From a virus (Duplodnaviria; Heunggongvirae; Uroviricota; Caudoviricetes), in the IMG/VR virus record IMGVR_UViG_3300006217_000002: a stretch of DNA of 64,000 nt; one strand, 5' to 3'. The notes under the pieces were generated by a model. The model made no database searches and had not been told where the DNA came from. It saw only the letters and a list, made by a program, of their open reading frames with translations. Position 1 is the stretch's first letter. Each line of letters starts with the position of its first letter. This document shows, piece after piece, positions 38,327 to 49,346 of this stretch. Position numbers and translations under genes: made by a program.

Positions 38327-40480
38327 GTGTCTGATATAAAAAAGATCAATGGGAAGTATTATGATTTTGATCCAAAGAACAAATCTTTCCTAGTAACTGC
38401 AAATGAACTCAGAGTACTTGGTATAAAAAATTATTATTTTATGCTAAGAATTGATAACCCTAGAGTTGCAGATATAGATCCATTTAAAAAAGATATTACA
38501 AAACAAGAAGTAGCAGCTCTTATGAGGGAATTCATGGGTAATGTCTGGAGCTTCATGAGAATGGCTGTTAGAGTAAGAACTGACGCTGGTGTCGTTCCGT
38601 ATACATTGCATCGCGGATTATGTGCTGTTACATGGTGCTTTGAACGTCATCAAGACAATTGTATTTGTGAGCCTCGTCAGACTTATAAGACTACTGGTAC
38701 TATAGCAGGTCCTATTCAATGGGCATTCCAGTTATCAGAAAACTTACATATGCATTTCTTTGGTAAGGAAACTGATAACACAAAACGAAACCTTGCACAT
38801 CTTAAAAGTGATATTGAACTTCTTCCAGAATGGTTACAATTTAGACGCTATATTGATGATCAAGGTAAAATGAAAAAGACTAGAGCAGCTACAGAGATTC
38901 TTGAAAATAAGCTGAGGAATAATGATTTAGCTATTCATCCGAAACCTACATCTTTATCCCACGCTCAAGGCCTTGGTCGTGGTGGCTCTGGTGCTATTCT
39001 ATATTTTGACGAGATTGAACATACTCCATTCTTTGGAGAGATCATGTCTAACTCTGCTCCTTTGTTTAAGACAGCATCAGAAAACGCTGCTTTAGCTAAT
39101 AAACCATATTGTCGTTTGATGTCTTGTACTCCTGGTAACTTAGATACCCGTGAAGGTCGTGAATCTCTTCCGATTATAAAATCTATGATTCCATGGACTG
39201 AAAAGATTTATGATATGACTGAAGAAGAGCTCAAAGAATATAAGGCAGTATATAAAGAAGAATATCATAACTCTGAAGAGAAAAAGGAAAGAGAAGTAAT
39301 CGATGTTTTCTATATAGAATATCAATATTATCAAGTTAGGAAAACATATGATTGGGTAATGGAACAGTATAAACTTTCTGGTGATAAGATGGCTATTAGA
39401 CGTGAAATCTTATTACAGAGACTTAGAGGTTCCAACGCTTCTCCTATTAGTCCAGAGGATATCGAATATTTTATTTCAAATATGAAGAGACCTGTAAATG
39501 ACTTCTTGATTTGTAACAAATGGAAGTTCATTCTATATGAGCATGGAGCAAGTTATGAAGGAGGAATTCCTAAAGATCTTGATGAAAATATTCCTTATCT
39601 TGTAGGAATAGATCCAGCTGGCGGTGGAGGTGGAGATAACTTTGCTATTACAATTGTAAATCCATATAATTTACAAATTGCTGCAGAGTTTAAGTCTCCA
39701 TATATAAGTGGACCTGCTGCTGTAAAAATGCTAATTGAATTAGTAGTAGATCATATTCCTAAAGCTGTTCTTATTCCAGAGAAAAATAGTATGGGAATTT
39801 ATCTTATTCAAATGCTTCTCGAAACAGAAATTCGAGACAATATATATTGGAGCGAAAAAGAAAATCAGCTTGAAAAGATGACAGAAGATAGTGAAGAAGA
39901 TAATGAATTAAAAGCACTTGCAGTTGAGTATAAGAAATATGGTACATATCTAACTAAGAAGGTTAGAGATGCTATGTTAGAATTATTATTCCAACATATT
40001 GCGGAGTGTAAGCAACTGTTAACAACCGAGTATCTTGTAAATGATATGTGTAAATTAATAAGAACATCTACTGGTAGAATTGAAGCAGATAAAGGTGAAC
40101 ATGATGACTGTTTATTCTCATATTTGCATGCAATTTATATTTATCATACAGGAGATAATCTTGAAACATTTGGAGTTAGTAAAGTATTCAATCCATTATT
40201 GAAAAATATTGATCTTGATAATTATAAAGATCAAACTGCTAATGAATCTGCTAAATTTATTCAGGGGATATTTAATCCTCAACAAAGATCATATGACGAT
40301 ATTGTTATGGAAGATGCAGCAAGAGTGGAAGCTCAAACAAAGGAATTAGTAGAACGATTTAGTTTTATTCATGATGGGGTATACTCTAAAAATAGAAATA
40401 AAAATAATTCTAATCCATATGATGATACTACATCTATTGGAGTGGGGTTCTTTGATACTATTAATGGAATATTTGATTAG
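38327..40480 (+). CDS. terL: Terminase large subunit
   Basis: PRQTYKTT (Walker A-like), GRGG..ILYFDE (Walker B), SCTPG, nuclease LVGIDPAGG..DNFA, EKNSMG, HDD. Confidence 0.88.
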   Translation: MSDIKKINGKYYDFDPKNKSFLVTANELRVLGIKNYYFMLRIDNPRVADIDPFKKDITKQEVAALMREFMGNVWSFMRMAVRVRTDAGVVPYTLHRGLCAVTWCFERHQDNCICEPRQTYKTTGTIAGPIQWAFQLSENLHMHFFGKETDNTKRNLAHLKSDIELLPEWLQFRRYIDDQGKMKKTRAATEILENKLRNNDLAIHPKPTSLSHAQGLGRGGSGAILYFDEIEHTPFFGEIMSNSAPLFKTASENAALANKPYCRLMSCTPGNLDTREGRESLPIIKSMIPWTEKIYDMTEEELKEYKAVYKEEYHNSEEKKEREVIDVFYIEYQYYQVRKTYDWVMEQYKLSGDKMAIRREILLQRLRGSNASPISPEDIEYFISNMKRPVNDFLICNKWKFILYEHGASYEGGIPKDLDENIPYLVGIDPAGGGGGDNFAITIVNPYNLQIAAEFKSPYISGPAAVKMLIELVVDHIPKAVLIPEKNSMGIYLIQMLLETEIRDNIYWSEKENQLEKMTEDSEEDNELKALAVEYKKYGTYLTKKVRDAMLELLFQHIAECKQLLTTEYLVNDMCKLIRTSTGRIEADKGEHDDCLFSYLHAIYIYHTGDNLETFGVSKVFNPLLKNIDLDNYKDQTANESAKFIQGIFNPQQRSYDDIVMEDAARVEAQTKELVERFSFIHDGVYSKNRNKNNSNPYDDTTSIGVGFFDTINGIFD

Positions 40481-40495
40481 GAAGGAGAATTTTCT

Positions 40496-41209
40496 ATGGG
40501 AGTATTATATGCCAAAGATGGTAAAATTTTTTGTAATGAATATATGGAACTATACATTCCTATGCTTTATTTTAATAAAGGGATAGCTATAAATAAAGGA
40601 GCTTCAGTTGAAACATTTGGTATCCTTTATACAAAAGCTTTTCCTAATGGAACTGAAGGAGAGATGAAATTGTTCAATCTTCCAGTTGTAACTAATTTCA
40701 TGGTTTATGATTCCAAAAATGAAACTATTCATATCAATGGTAAAGCTATGGATGTTTTAACTCTTCAATATCTGAAGGATTCATATATTGTACACCAAAC
40801 TGTAACCAAGGGTAGAGAGGTAGCAAATACGTTTCTTGATTCTATGCTATCCGGGAAATTGCCTAGTACTTTGAATTATGCCAAAATAATTGACATTTGG
40901 TGGAGGAATCTTGAAATATCAGGGATTTCTTATAAAGTACCTTCTAAGATTTATGAAATGATTATTGCCAATATATACAGAAATCCGTCTAATATGAAAC
41001 AGAGATATGGGCAGCATTACGGAAAACAATCTAATCCTACTGGATATGATTATAAAACAGAAAATGTCCGTATGGTTGTAAAAGACCTATCTACGTTCAG
41101 CGGTATGGTATTTGAAGATATCGGAATGATGATATCAAATGGTATTAATAACTCTATAGAAGGCGTGGAAGAACCTGTATCTCCATTAGAGAAGATCATC
41201 CATTACTGA
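40496..41209 (+). CDS. Conserved-looking hypothetical protein between terminase and sheath
   Basis: 237 aa, SD AAGGAG; ends SPLEKII. Confidence 0.65.
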   Translation: MGVLYAKDGKIFCNEYMELYIPMLYFNKGIAINKGASVETFGILYTKAFPNGTEGEMKLFNLPVVTNFMVYDSKNETIHINGKAMDVLTLQYLKDSYIVHQTVTKGREVANTFLDSMLSGKLPSTLNYAKIIDIWWRNLEISGISYKVPSKIYEMIIANIYRNPSNMKQRYGQHYGKQSNPTGYDYKTENVRMVVKDLSTFSGMVFEDIGMMISNGINNSIEGVEEPVSPLEKIIHY

Positions 41210-41224
41210 TGTTAACCGTGTAGT

Positions 41225-41236
41225 AACACTCTATTA
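41225..41236 (+). promoter_or_regulatory. Putative late promoter AACA-N6-TA
   Basis: AACACTCTATTA upstream of the tail sheath gene; exact AR9-type spacing. Confidence 0.5.
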
Positions 41237-41299
41237 AGAAGTGTTAATTAGGTTTAATTCAAAGAAACACAAAATTTATAGAAAAGGAGTGTAGAAAGT

Positions 41300-43789
41300 A
41301 TGGATGATTATACCCTTCAGATTATACCGTACTATGCTCATCCACATGTGCATACGGTAATTACTGATGATACCTACTATGATGAAACGGTTGCTGATCG
41401 TGCATCACTGGATGATCTTCCTTTTGCTACTTGTGTAGTAACTGGTGCAGATCAGGGTATCGACAACACATTCGTCCGTATCAGTAATGCAAAGACTAAA
41501 GAAAAAATCTTTGGTAAAGGAAATTACAAGAAATACGGTCAGTCCTCAATTCAGGCAGATGCTCTGTTCAATGGCAGTACAAATGTTTGGTTCTGTCGTG
41601 TACTTCCTGACAATGCAACTTATGCAAACATGATCCTTTTGGCTCATTATAGAAAAGGAGCAATTCTGGATGACAAAGCTCAGGAAACTGGTAAGTCCAG
41701 ATTGGAGATTAAATTCTCTACTGCATATGCTGCTAAACCGTACCTAACAGAAGGAGCACTTGATGATGAATCCATCAGAGCAGTATGTGATAGCTTTACA
41801 TCTGATAAGCCTGATCCTAAAACCGGATACATGACAGTTCCTATCTGTTATATCCGTTCTATTGGTAGAGGTAAATATGGTAATAACTATTCTCTCTTTA
41901 TCAATAGAGACATCGATTCTGAGAAAGAGTACAATCTTAAGATGTACAAATTCTCCCTTATCGATAACACCTTAGCTACAAAGATTACAAATGAATTCTC
42001 TGGTTCCCTCTATCAGACAACCAGATATGAAATGAGTACACTGATCAGTGATGTACTTGATCAGTTCTCTATTGGATCTTGTCCTATTTATATTTATCCA
42101 TTTGAGGATAACTTCCAGAAGATCTATGATTTCTATAAGACAATTGTTGCACTGAATGCCGAGTACGTTGCTAACTCTGGAAATAGTAGCGCAGATGATG
42201 TTGATGAACTTAAGATTGCTGAATCAATCATCGAAGATTCTTTCGATCCGCTGTTCGGTTATCAGCTTAATACTCGTACTAATCTGAAGATTCCTTATTA
42301 CAGGAATTATACAGAGAAGGCTACAGGAGCTTATATTGCTCCAGATATCGTAGTTCCTAATACATCCGGTGCAGCTAAGCCTATGAACATGATGGATTGG
42401 AATACATGCTATATTGGAGCGAAAGTTCTCGTAACTGCTGATCCTCTTAACGATGGATATAGATGGCTGTATACAGTAGAGAATATCGATACTGAAACAG
42501 GAAATATCACATATGATGAGGGTGTAGAAGCTGCTATTGATGATGATCAGTATGACGGAGTCAACGTTACAAAATCCTCTGGTATTATATTTGCCGGCGG
42601 TCATGATGGAGATTTCGAAGAGATTAGTGTCGATGGTGTAACAAGAGCTCCTAGCGAAGCAGAGATGAAACTTCTTCTGTCTCGTGAGTACGTTAAAGCA
42701 TTCCGTGGAGCTAAGGATAGAAAGATCTTATCTCCGGCGAGAGTTAATCTAGACTTCATGTTTGATGCTAACTACAATATGACATCTGATTCTACACTTA
42801 ATATCGATGATAGTATTGCAAGCTTGTATAATAATTCTACGGTATTAACTGATTCAGATTATCAGGCATTGACAGTACTTGTGAAGTCTGGAGTTTCATT
42901 CAATTTCAGTGACCTTAACGTTAAGGCTGCTATGTATGATCTTAACCAGTTCAGAAATAAGAATGGTATGACTATTTCTTCTGATCTCGGAGCTGGATGT
43001 TCTCTATATCTTGACTGCGGTCTTGTCGGTATTAAGAATCTCGGAGTTAACTATGAGCTCATGGATATTATCAACATGATGGAAGATTTTACAGGTAGAG
43101 CTACTTCCATAGATCTTGGTTGGTATAGTATCTATGATCCGGTTACAAGAAAGAAGATTAAAGTTACAGCTACTTATTTCTTGGCTAAGAATCTTGTTCC
43201 ACATATCATTCGCGAAGGTTTAAACAAACCTTTTGTTTATAAGCATGCACAGTTAACTGCAATTCAACGTTCTTCAACGTTGACTGTAACTGGAAATATG
43301 ATCAGAGATTCTTTCCGTCCTACAATTGATCTCATCGATTGGGATGTGAAGGAGAAGCTGTTTAAATCAAGAATCAATTACTACATCACAAGTGAAGAAG
43401 GACGTATTGTTCAGCGTGCAGTACAGAATACTCGTCAGCTTGATGCTTCTGCATTACTTGAAGAGAATAACGTACGTGTATTAAATACACTGAAGAAGAG
43501 TCTTGAAGCTGCTTGTCAAGGATATCTATATGACTGGAATGAGCCGGAAGTTCGTAAAGGATTTACCGATACTCAGATGGAAATATATCGTCCTTGGATC
43601 GGTACAATGGTACAGGATATCGATATTAAATTCGAGGCTAATGAATGGGAACAGGAACGTATGATTATGCACTGCTACTGCATTGTTAAGTTCCGTGATA
43701 TTATTAAACGTATTATTCTCGAGATTGGTATCCAACGTCCTGATTACTCAACAACTGCAACTGAATCTACAGCGGGAGGTGAGGATTAA
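41300..43789 (+). CDS. Contractile tail sheath protein
   Basis: 829 aa; FGKGNYKKYGQ, VWFCRVLPDNATYAN, GRGKYGN, FAGGHDG, SALLEENNVRVL; directly upstream of the tube gene. Confidence 0.88.
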   Translation: MDDYTLQIIPYYAHPHVHTVITDDTYYDETVADRASLDDLPFATCVVTGADQGIDNTFVRISNAKTKEKIFGKGNYKKYGQSSIQADALFNGSTNVWFCRVLPDNATYANMILLAHYRKGAILDDKAQETGKSRLEIKFSTAYAAKPYLTEGALDDESIRAVCDSFTSDKPDPKTGYMTVPICYIRSIGRGKYGNNYSLFINRDIDSEKEYNLKMYKFSLIDNTLATKITNEFSGSLYQTTRYEMSTLISDVLDQFSIGSCPIYIYPFEDNFQKIYDFYKTIVALNAEYVANSGNSSADDVDELKIAESIIEDSFDPLFGYQLNTRTNLKIPYYRNYTEKATGAYIAPDIVVPNTSGAAKPMNMMDWNTCYIGAKVLVTADPLNDGYRWLYTVENIDTETGNITYDEGVEAAIDDDQYDGVNVTKSSGIIFAGGHDGDFEEISVDGVTRAPSEAEMKLLLSREYVKAFRGAKDRKILSPARVNLDFMFDANYNMTSDSTLNIDDSIASLYNNSTVLTDSDYQALTVLVKSGVSFNFSDLNVKAAMYDLNQFRNKNGMTISSDLGAGCSLYLDCGLVGIKNLGVNYELMDIINMMEDFTGRATSIDLGWYSIYDPVTRKKIKVTATYFLAKNLVPHIIREGLNKPFVYKHAQLTAIQRSSTLTVTGNMIRDSFRPTIDLIDWDVKEKLFKSRINYYITSEEGRIVQRAVQNTRQLDASALLEENNVRVLNTLKKSLEAACQGYLYDWNEPEVRKGFTDTQMEIYRPWIGTMVQDIDIKFEANEWEQERMIMHCYCIVKFRDIIKRIILEIGIQRPDYSTTATESTAGGED

Positions 43790-44868
43790 TGGCTATTGGT
43801 AGTGTAATTACAGCTCAAACAGGTGGTCGTCAATTCGATGCTCCTGATTTGACGAAATATAGTATGTTCGTCGGCGGTACTAACGCAACACATCATGCAT
43901 TGCGTAACTATTCTCCAATGCTTAATGGATTTGGTCGATTATTTATGGTAAGACCTCCTAAAGCTATTGCAACGATGTTCGGCGGTGGTGCTGCTGGAAT
44001 GTATAGTTCCAATTCTCTATTTATTCAGTTCAAGCATATGCTTGAGTATATGAATAGATCAGTAACAGGTTTCGGAGAGAAAACTCTTGATGTAGCTGGA
44101 ACTCCTATTCAAGGTGGTTTCGCTGGAAGACAGTTCAATACTCCTACAGTAACCAAAGAAACAACTAACGAGATTACAATTGGACTATATGAAATGGTAG
44201 GCGCTCCTGTATACACAGTTATCGATGGATGGATGAATGCTATCGGTGATGAGAACTCTGGTCTTGCCACTTATGGTGGTTGGATCAATGGCGGTGTTGG
44301 AGCAGATGGCAAAGGTAAACGTCTTTATAGAAGAGCAGGAGAAAGTGCAGAAGGTATTGATTTTAACGAGGCTAATCATACAGCCGAGTTTATCTATGTA
44401 ATGCATGATCGTTCTGGTGCTCAGGTTGAACGTGCTGTTATGCTGGCTGACTGTTATCCTAAGGGAATTAATGAAGGAGCAATCCTCAATATGGATGCAG
44501 GAGGTTCTCACGATAACGTAACATATGATGTTCAGTTCAACTGTGTCGTATATCGTTCACCTATTATCAATGCAATTGCAAACGATCTGCTTAAACAATA
44601 TCGTATTGTATCTAACTCATTGAACTTCAATCCTGAGCTTGGTGATGCAGTATATGCTACTGGAGATTCTTCTAAGTTCGCAAGATCTCTTGGTCCTGTT
44701 CCTACTGATAGTGCTACTGGTACTAACATTGGTAACATGCCTGCGTTCTATGTATCTACTGAACCTAAGACTGTTACTATCCAGGATGGAAACATGAGTG
44801 AAGCTAAACTCTCTGGTCAGGTTGGTCATAGAGCTGAATCTAGCTGGGATGGTTTTTCTGAGACTTAA
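43789..44868 (+). CDS. Tail tube protein
   Basis: TAATG overlap with sheath; EITIGLYEMVGAPV...WMNAIGD.NSGLATY, ERAVMLADCYP. Confidence 0.8.
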   Translation: MAIGSVITAQTGGRQFDAPDLTKYSMFVGGTNATHHALRNYSPMLNGFGRLFMVRPPKAIATMFGGGAAGMYSSNSLFIQFKHMLEYMNRSVTGFGEKTLDVAGTPIQGGFAGRQFNTPTVTKETTNEITIGLYEMVGAPVYTVIDGWMNAIGDENSGLATYGGWINGGVGADGKGKRLYRRAGESAEGIDFNEANHTAEFIYVMHDRSGAQVERAVMLADCYPKGINEGAILNMDAGGSHDNVTYDVQFNCVVYRSPIINAIANDLLKQYRIVSNSLNFNPELGDAVYATGDSSKFARSLGPVPTDSATGTNIGNMPAFYVSTEPKTVTIQDGNMSEAKLSGQVGHRAESSWDGFSET

Positions 44869-44887
44869 AGAATGAAATAACATAAAT

Positions 44888-44918
44888 ATCATGGAGGAGC
44901 ATTATGCTCCTCCATGAT
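44888..44918 (+). terminator. Terminator after the tube gene
   Basis: atcatggaggagcat/atgctcctccatgat. Confidence 0.75.
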
Positions 44919-45026
44919 TAATTACTCCTAAAAATATATTTATATATTTTAACCTCAACATCACAAACAAATACTTTTTAAGGAACGCATGTGATTATTA
45001 AAACATAATCAGTTAGGAGGAATTAT

Positions 45027-47381
45027 ATGTTTAGAGAAAAGTATAATCTTATTTATGAGCTTCAGAAAAAGAATGAAGAGCTCAAAGGTAAGAAAAAGTT
45101 ATCATTAATCGGACAAGGTGATTTTGCTGGTGGTAATAATGTAATGAGAGGTACGATGAACATTAAACACCATACTCAGCATCTTACTATTGATAAACCT
45201 GAATTTCCATTTGTTTATGATGGAAAAGAAAATGTAACTGGTGAGCATTCTTCATATCACAATGTAGCTGATAAGCCATACCAAGTAATAGAAATATGTA
45301 AGAAATATGATGAACTAATGAAAGGTCGATCATATTTCAGCCTCTATTTCTTATACTGTAAAGAAGACGATTCATATATTGTAATCGAAAGAAAAGAAGT
45401 AGAAAACTTAACAGAAAACTTTGGCTTCGATTATAATAATGACTATCTTGATTCTCTAGAGGTAGGGGAAGAAATTCCCAAAGGTACTATGATCAATACA
45501 TCCACATCATATGATGAATATGGAAATGTTGGAATAGGTGTTAACGGTCGTATCATTCATGGTATTCATCCAGCAGTTCAAGATGACGCAATCATTATTT
45601 CTAAATCATTTGCTAAACGAATGATCAGTAATAATATAACTACTAAGACAATACCGATTGGTGAGAGTACTATTCTATTGAATAAGTATGGTAGGGACGG
45701 CGAATATCAAGGTCTTCCTAATATTGGAGATATTATCACAGACAACATTATCTGTGCAACCAGACCAATTAAAGAAAACAGAATGTTCTCTGATCTTAGA
45801 GATATCTCTCTAAAACATATTAATGATCAATTGGATCAAGTATTCTATGGAAGTGGTGAAGTTGTAGATATCAATGTGTATTGTAACAATCCTGATATCA
45901 AAGTTAATAAAGTAAATAAACAATTGATCCGATATTACAACGATGCTAAGTGGTTCTATACTAAAGTGTATAAGATCTGTAATAAGATCATTAAATCTGG
46001 ATCTAAGAACATCGATAGAGAAATCTATAGATGGAAACGTAAAGCAATGAACTATCTTGATACTCAGGCTCTATGGGCATTTAATGACAATGTCTTTAGT
46101 AACATCATGGTAGAAATTATTATGCGTAAGAAAGAACCAATCATCGTTGGAAGAAAGATTGTAGGAAGGCATGGTAATAAAACTGTAAGCTGCTCTATTT
46201 GGGATGATGAAGAGATGCCATATCTTACTACAGAAAGTTATAAAGACGAGTATGGAGTAGTTCACGCTAAAGGTGTACGTGAAAGAGTAGATATGATTGC
46301 TAATCCATTAGCAATTGTTAATCGTACGATTGCAATGGTTATGGAAGAGGGTAGTTGCACATTTATTCTTGATAGAGTAAGAAAACATGCAGCTACACTT
46401 GATTCTATTGAGAAACAAAAAGATTTCATGTTTGATGTATTGAGGATCCTCAATCCTAAACAAACGAAAGATATAGAAAAGTTATACGAATCTTTATCAG
46501 AAAGAGAAAAGAAAAATTTCATCAATGATTGCATTTCAATTGATCAGAATGGATTACTCATAACGAATAATGGTCTATATATGAGATGGGAGCCTTTTAA
46601 TGATGAATGGTCATTAAGAGATGCTATTATTGAAATATATGAAAAGTATGGAGATATAATTAAACCATATCATGTATTTATGCCTAAGCCTAAATGGGGT
46701 CGTGACATTTATATCGGAGATGATTGTGTTGGATATCAGTATACAATGCTGTTAAAACAATCTGGCGAAAAAGGATTCTCCGTTCGTTCAGCAGGAGCTA
46801 TATCTGATGAGTCTTTACCTGAAAAGAGCCACGAGAACAAGATTGGAAAAAATTGGCATAGTGAAAAGCCTATACGTTTCGGCGAGTACGAAAGTCCTAA
46901 TTTCATGATCGTAACAAATCCTGAGGACTTTGCACTTATCAGTGCATTATACAGAACATCCGTTGACGGGAGAAGATTCATGTATGAAGCTATTCTGTCA
47001 GAAGATGGAGAATATAATATTCCTGATAACTTCACTTCTCGTAGTTCTGAGATACTTCAAGTATATTTAAAATCACTTGGAGTAAGAATGGAAACTATTA
47101 TTGACGAAAGTGAATACGTAGGAGAAGCAGAACATATTGATCAGGAAGTTCAGTTTGACATCGGCAAGGTATCAATATTCTGCACTATGGACGAAATGTA
47201 TTATCTAACAAAGATGCATAAAGTATATCAGAAATATATGAAAAAGCATCCTGGAAATATAGATGACCTTGATGAAGTATGGGAATACATTCTAGATAAT
47301 CTTCCTTTCAAAAAGAAAGAACTAACTGATAGGATTATAGATCTATTTAAAGATAATCTGGAAGCATTCTCAACATTCTAA
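45027..47381 (+). CDS. Phage multisubunit RNA polymerase beta subunit, C-terminal part
   Basis: QDDAIIISKSFA, GRKIVGRHGNK, DMIANPL..VNR, FSVRS.G, PIRFGEYE correspond to conserved RpoB C-terminal motifs; split beta is typical of phiKZ/AR9-like phages. Confidence 0.9.
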   Translation: MFREKYNLIYELQKKNEELKGKKKLSLIGQGDFAGGNNVMRGTMNIKHHTQHLTIDKPEFPFVYDGKENVTGEHSSYHNVADKPYQVIEICKKYDELMKGRSYFSLYFLYCKEDDSYIVIERKEVENLTENFGFDYNNDYLDSLEVGEEIPKGTMINTSTSYDEYGNVGIGVNGRIIHGIHPAVQDDAIIISKSFAKRMISNNITTKTIPIGESTILLNKYGRDGEYQGLPNIGDIITDNIICATRPIKENRMFSDLRDISLKHINDQLDQVFYGSGEVVDINVYCNNPDIKVNKVNKQLIRYYNDAKWFYTKVYKICNKIIKSGSKNIDREIYRWKRKAMNYLDTQALWAFNDNVFSNIMVEIIMRKKEPIIVGRKIVGRHGNKTVSCSIWDDEEMPYLTTESYKDEYGVVHAKGVRERVDMIANPLAIVNRTIAMVMEEGSCTFILDRVRKHAATLDSIEKQKDFMFDVLRILNPKQTKDIEKLYESLSEREKKNFINDCISIDQNGLLITNNGLYMRWEPFNDEWSLRDAIIEIYEKYGDIIKPYHVFMPKPKWGRDIYIGDDCVGYQYTMLLKQSGEKGFSVRSAGAISDESLPEKSHENKIGKNWHSEKPIRFGEYESPNFMIVTNPEDFALISALYRTSVDGRRFMYEAILSEDGEYNIPDNFTSRSSEILQVYLKSLGVRMETIIDESEYVGEAEHIDQEVQFDIGKVSIFCTMDEMYYLTKMHKVYQKYMKKHPGNIDDLDEVWEYILDNLPFKKKELTDRIIDLFKDNLEAFSTF

Positions 47382-47395
47382 AGGAGGACAAGTTC

Positions 47396-47875
47396 ATGGA
47401 TATTAACCCTGTATGTGCATGCATAGTGATAACGTGTATAGTAATATGTATTGCACTCATTTGTTGGTCAGCACGCATGTATATAAATTACATGGTTGCA
47501 CAAAAACGTCTTGAAGAATTACGAATAAAATATCGTGAAATGGAATTACAAAATAAAGAGATAGAAAGAACTCAAAAGGATCAATCGATTGAGTATTCCC
47601 GAAATTTGATGAAGTATTTAAGGGAATTCATTGGTCAGATAACAGTAATCAAATTCAAGGCATTTATTGACAGTCATAAAATGGACAAGATTACAGAGAT
47701 TAATATTAAAAAGTTAATTGATGATATTGCTACTACAACTAATAAATCCATAAATCGATCTAACATTTTATTCGATAACACTATAATCACTGAAGAGTTT
47801 TATGAATCATATGTTATCGAAACTACTATTATATTAGTAAAAGAAATGTTGGAGAAACTTGAAAATGAAGAATAA
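47396..47875 (+). CDS. Membrane-anchored hypothetical protein
   Basis: N-terminal Cys-rich TM helix plus coiled coil. Confidence 0.65.
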   Translation: MDINPVCACIVITCIVICIALICWSARMYINYMVAQKRLEELRIKYREMELQNKEIERTQKDQSIEYSRNLMKYLREFIGQITVIKFKAFIDSHKMDKITEINIKKLIDDIATTTNKSINRSNILFDNTIITEEFYESYVIETTIILVKEMLEKLENEE

Positions 47876-47895
47876 AATAAAGGAGGATATAAACA

Positions 47896-48915
47896 ATGAA
47901 TGAAGAAACAAAAGTAACAACAAATCTTGAGGAGACATCAGTTGAAGAAGTCAAAGAAGAATCTGTGGCTATCAAAGATTCCGATAATCCTGTAGATGAG
48001 ATATCCAGTCAGAAAATCAGAATGATGATGAATCAAGCACAGTCAATGGTTGCTACAATGAGATCTATATGGGAAAGCGACATGAAGGAATATAGCGTTA
48101 AAGAATCTCATATGAAAGAACTTCATCAGTGGAATGAACAACATCGTACTCCAATGCCTGAAGGATTGACAGAGTCAGAGAAAGAAGAATGGGATATCTT
48201 TAATGGTCTTGATAGTATCACCGAAAAAGAAGTTGTTAGAATCTTCGGAGAAGAACATCCAATCATCGGTGTTACTCATGATGTAACTATTGATAGAATT
48301 AAAACCGTCAATGGTGACTTCTTCGCGTGGTTATCTTGTATGAAAGAATACAGACAGATCCATGATGCATATTTAATGTTACTGGAGAAAGAGGAAGAGA
48401 AGAACATCGAACAGCTTCGTATCGTCGCAGAAAATGAAGAAGATCCTGAAAAGAGAACAAAGTTACTTTCTGATATTGATACATATTATCACACTAAATA
48501 TCTTGATTTCTTAGCAGATCCAATGGAGAAGAGAGATCTGGAGAGACTTGCGAAAGCATTTGTAGATGAAAAGAAGATTCAGTATTGGATTAATAGATGC
48601 AGAGATAAGCTTAAACAGCTCAAAATTTCTTCCAACTTTATTCTTGAGGTCTCCCAGTTCGAGAAGAGATTTCTCGAAGAAAAATATCACAAGTGCAGCA
48701 ACATTCTCCTTTTATACTTCATGCAGACGATCATATATTGTGATACATATGACAAGAAAGATGTTAACAGAACAAAGTCAGTATGTATGGTATTCGCTCT
48801 TGATAATTGCATCAGAAATCAGTGGGAAGAAGATAAGAAGGAACGTATCATGAATAATGTAAGAGCGTTCTGTGATCAGATTATCGATATGCTTCCGGAT
48901 CCTAAGACTGAATAG
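47896..48915 (+). CDS. Hypothetical helical acidic protein
   Basis: 339 aa, SD AGGAGG. Confidence 0.7.
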   Translation: MNEETKVTTNLEETSVEEVKEESVAIKDSDNPVDEISSQKIRMMMNQAQSMVATMRSIWESDMKEYSVKESHMKELHQWNEQHRTPMPEGLTESEKEEWDIFNGLDSITEKEVVRIFGEEHPIIGVTHDVTIDRIKTVNGDFFAWLSCMKEYRQIHDAYLMLLEKEEEKNIEQLRIVAENEEDPEKRTKLLSDIDTYYHTKYLDFLADPMEKRDLERLAKAFVDEKKIQYWINRCRDKLKQLKISSNFILEVSQFEKRFLEEKYHKCSNILLLYFMQTIIYCDTYDKKDVNRTKSVCMVFALDNCIRNQWEEDKKERIMNNVRAFCDQIIDMLPDPKTE

Positions 48916-48935
48916 AATAGACATAAAGAGTATTG

Positions 48936-48973
48936 ATAAAGAGTGGCCTTGATTGGCCACTCTTTATTTTTTT
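48936..48973 (+). terminator. Intrinsic terminator
   Basis: ataaagagtggcc/ggccactctttat plus T-run. Confidence 0.85.
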
Positions 48974-48996
48974 ATCGTATATCTACTTTAGTCTAA

Positions 48997-49006
48997 TATA
49001 TATTAT
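48997..49006 (+). promoter_or_regulatory. Putative early promoter motif TATATATTAT
   Basis: Just after a terminator, heading the 49067-50665 orphan cluster. Confidence 0.55.
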
Positions 49007-49066
49007 AAAAGTATAGAGGTACTAGATAAAACATATAAAATTTACATACTTAAGGAGGAATTTATC

Positions 49067-49279
49067 ATGACTAAATTCGAACAGGTTGGAGTTAATTACC
49101 AGATGGAAGCCGTATCAATCGAGGATGCAAGAAAATCATTCAGCTGGAGTTGTAAGTGCTGCTGTAACAGAGGGATGAAGATCAACTGTGACCGCTGTGC
49201 AATATCGCAGGCACATCTTCAAACTATTGCTATTATGAATGTCATTCATAATAGCAATAGTGATAAGAAGAAAAGCTGA
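49067..49279 (+). CDS. Small Cys-rich protein
   Basis: SCKCCC...CDRC...H; SD AAGGAGG. Confidence 0.7.
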   Translation: MTKFEQVGVNYQMEAVSIEDARKSFSWSCKCCCNRGMKINCDRCAISQAHLQTIAIMNVIHNSNSDKKKS

Positions 49280-49346
49280 ATACATAAATGGGGGGGGGTA
49301 AATAGAAAACCCTCCATCCCATTAATTTTTATAAAGGAGAATTATT

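Noticed and set aside
38327-47381. Group I introns or inteins in terminase or RNA polymerase, as in AR9
   Set aside because: Both ORFs are continuous, with no splice-junction or homing-endonuclease motifs visible
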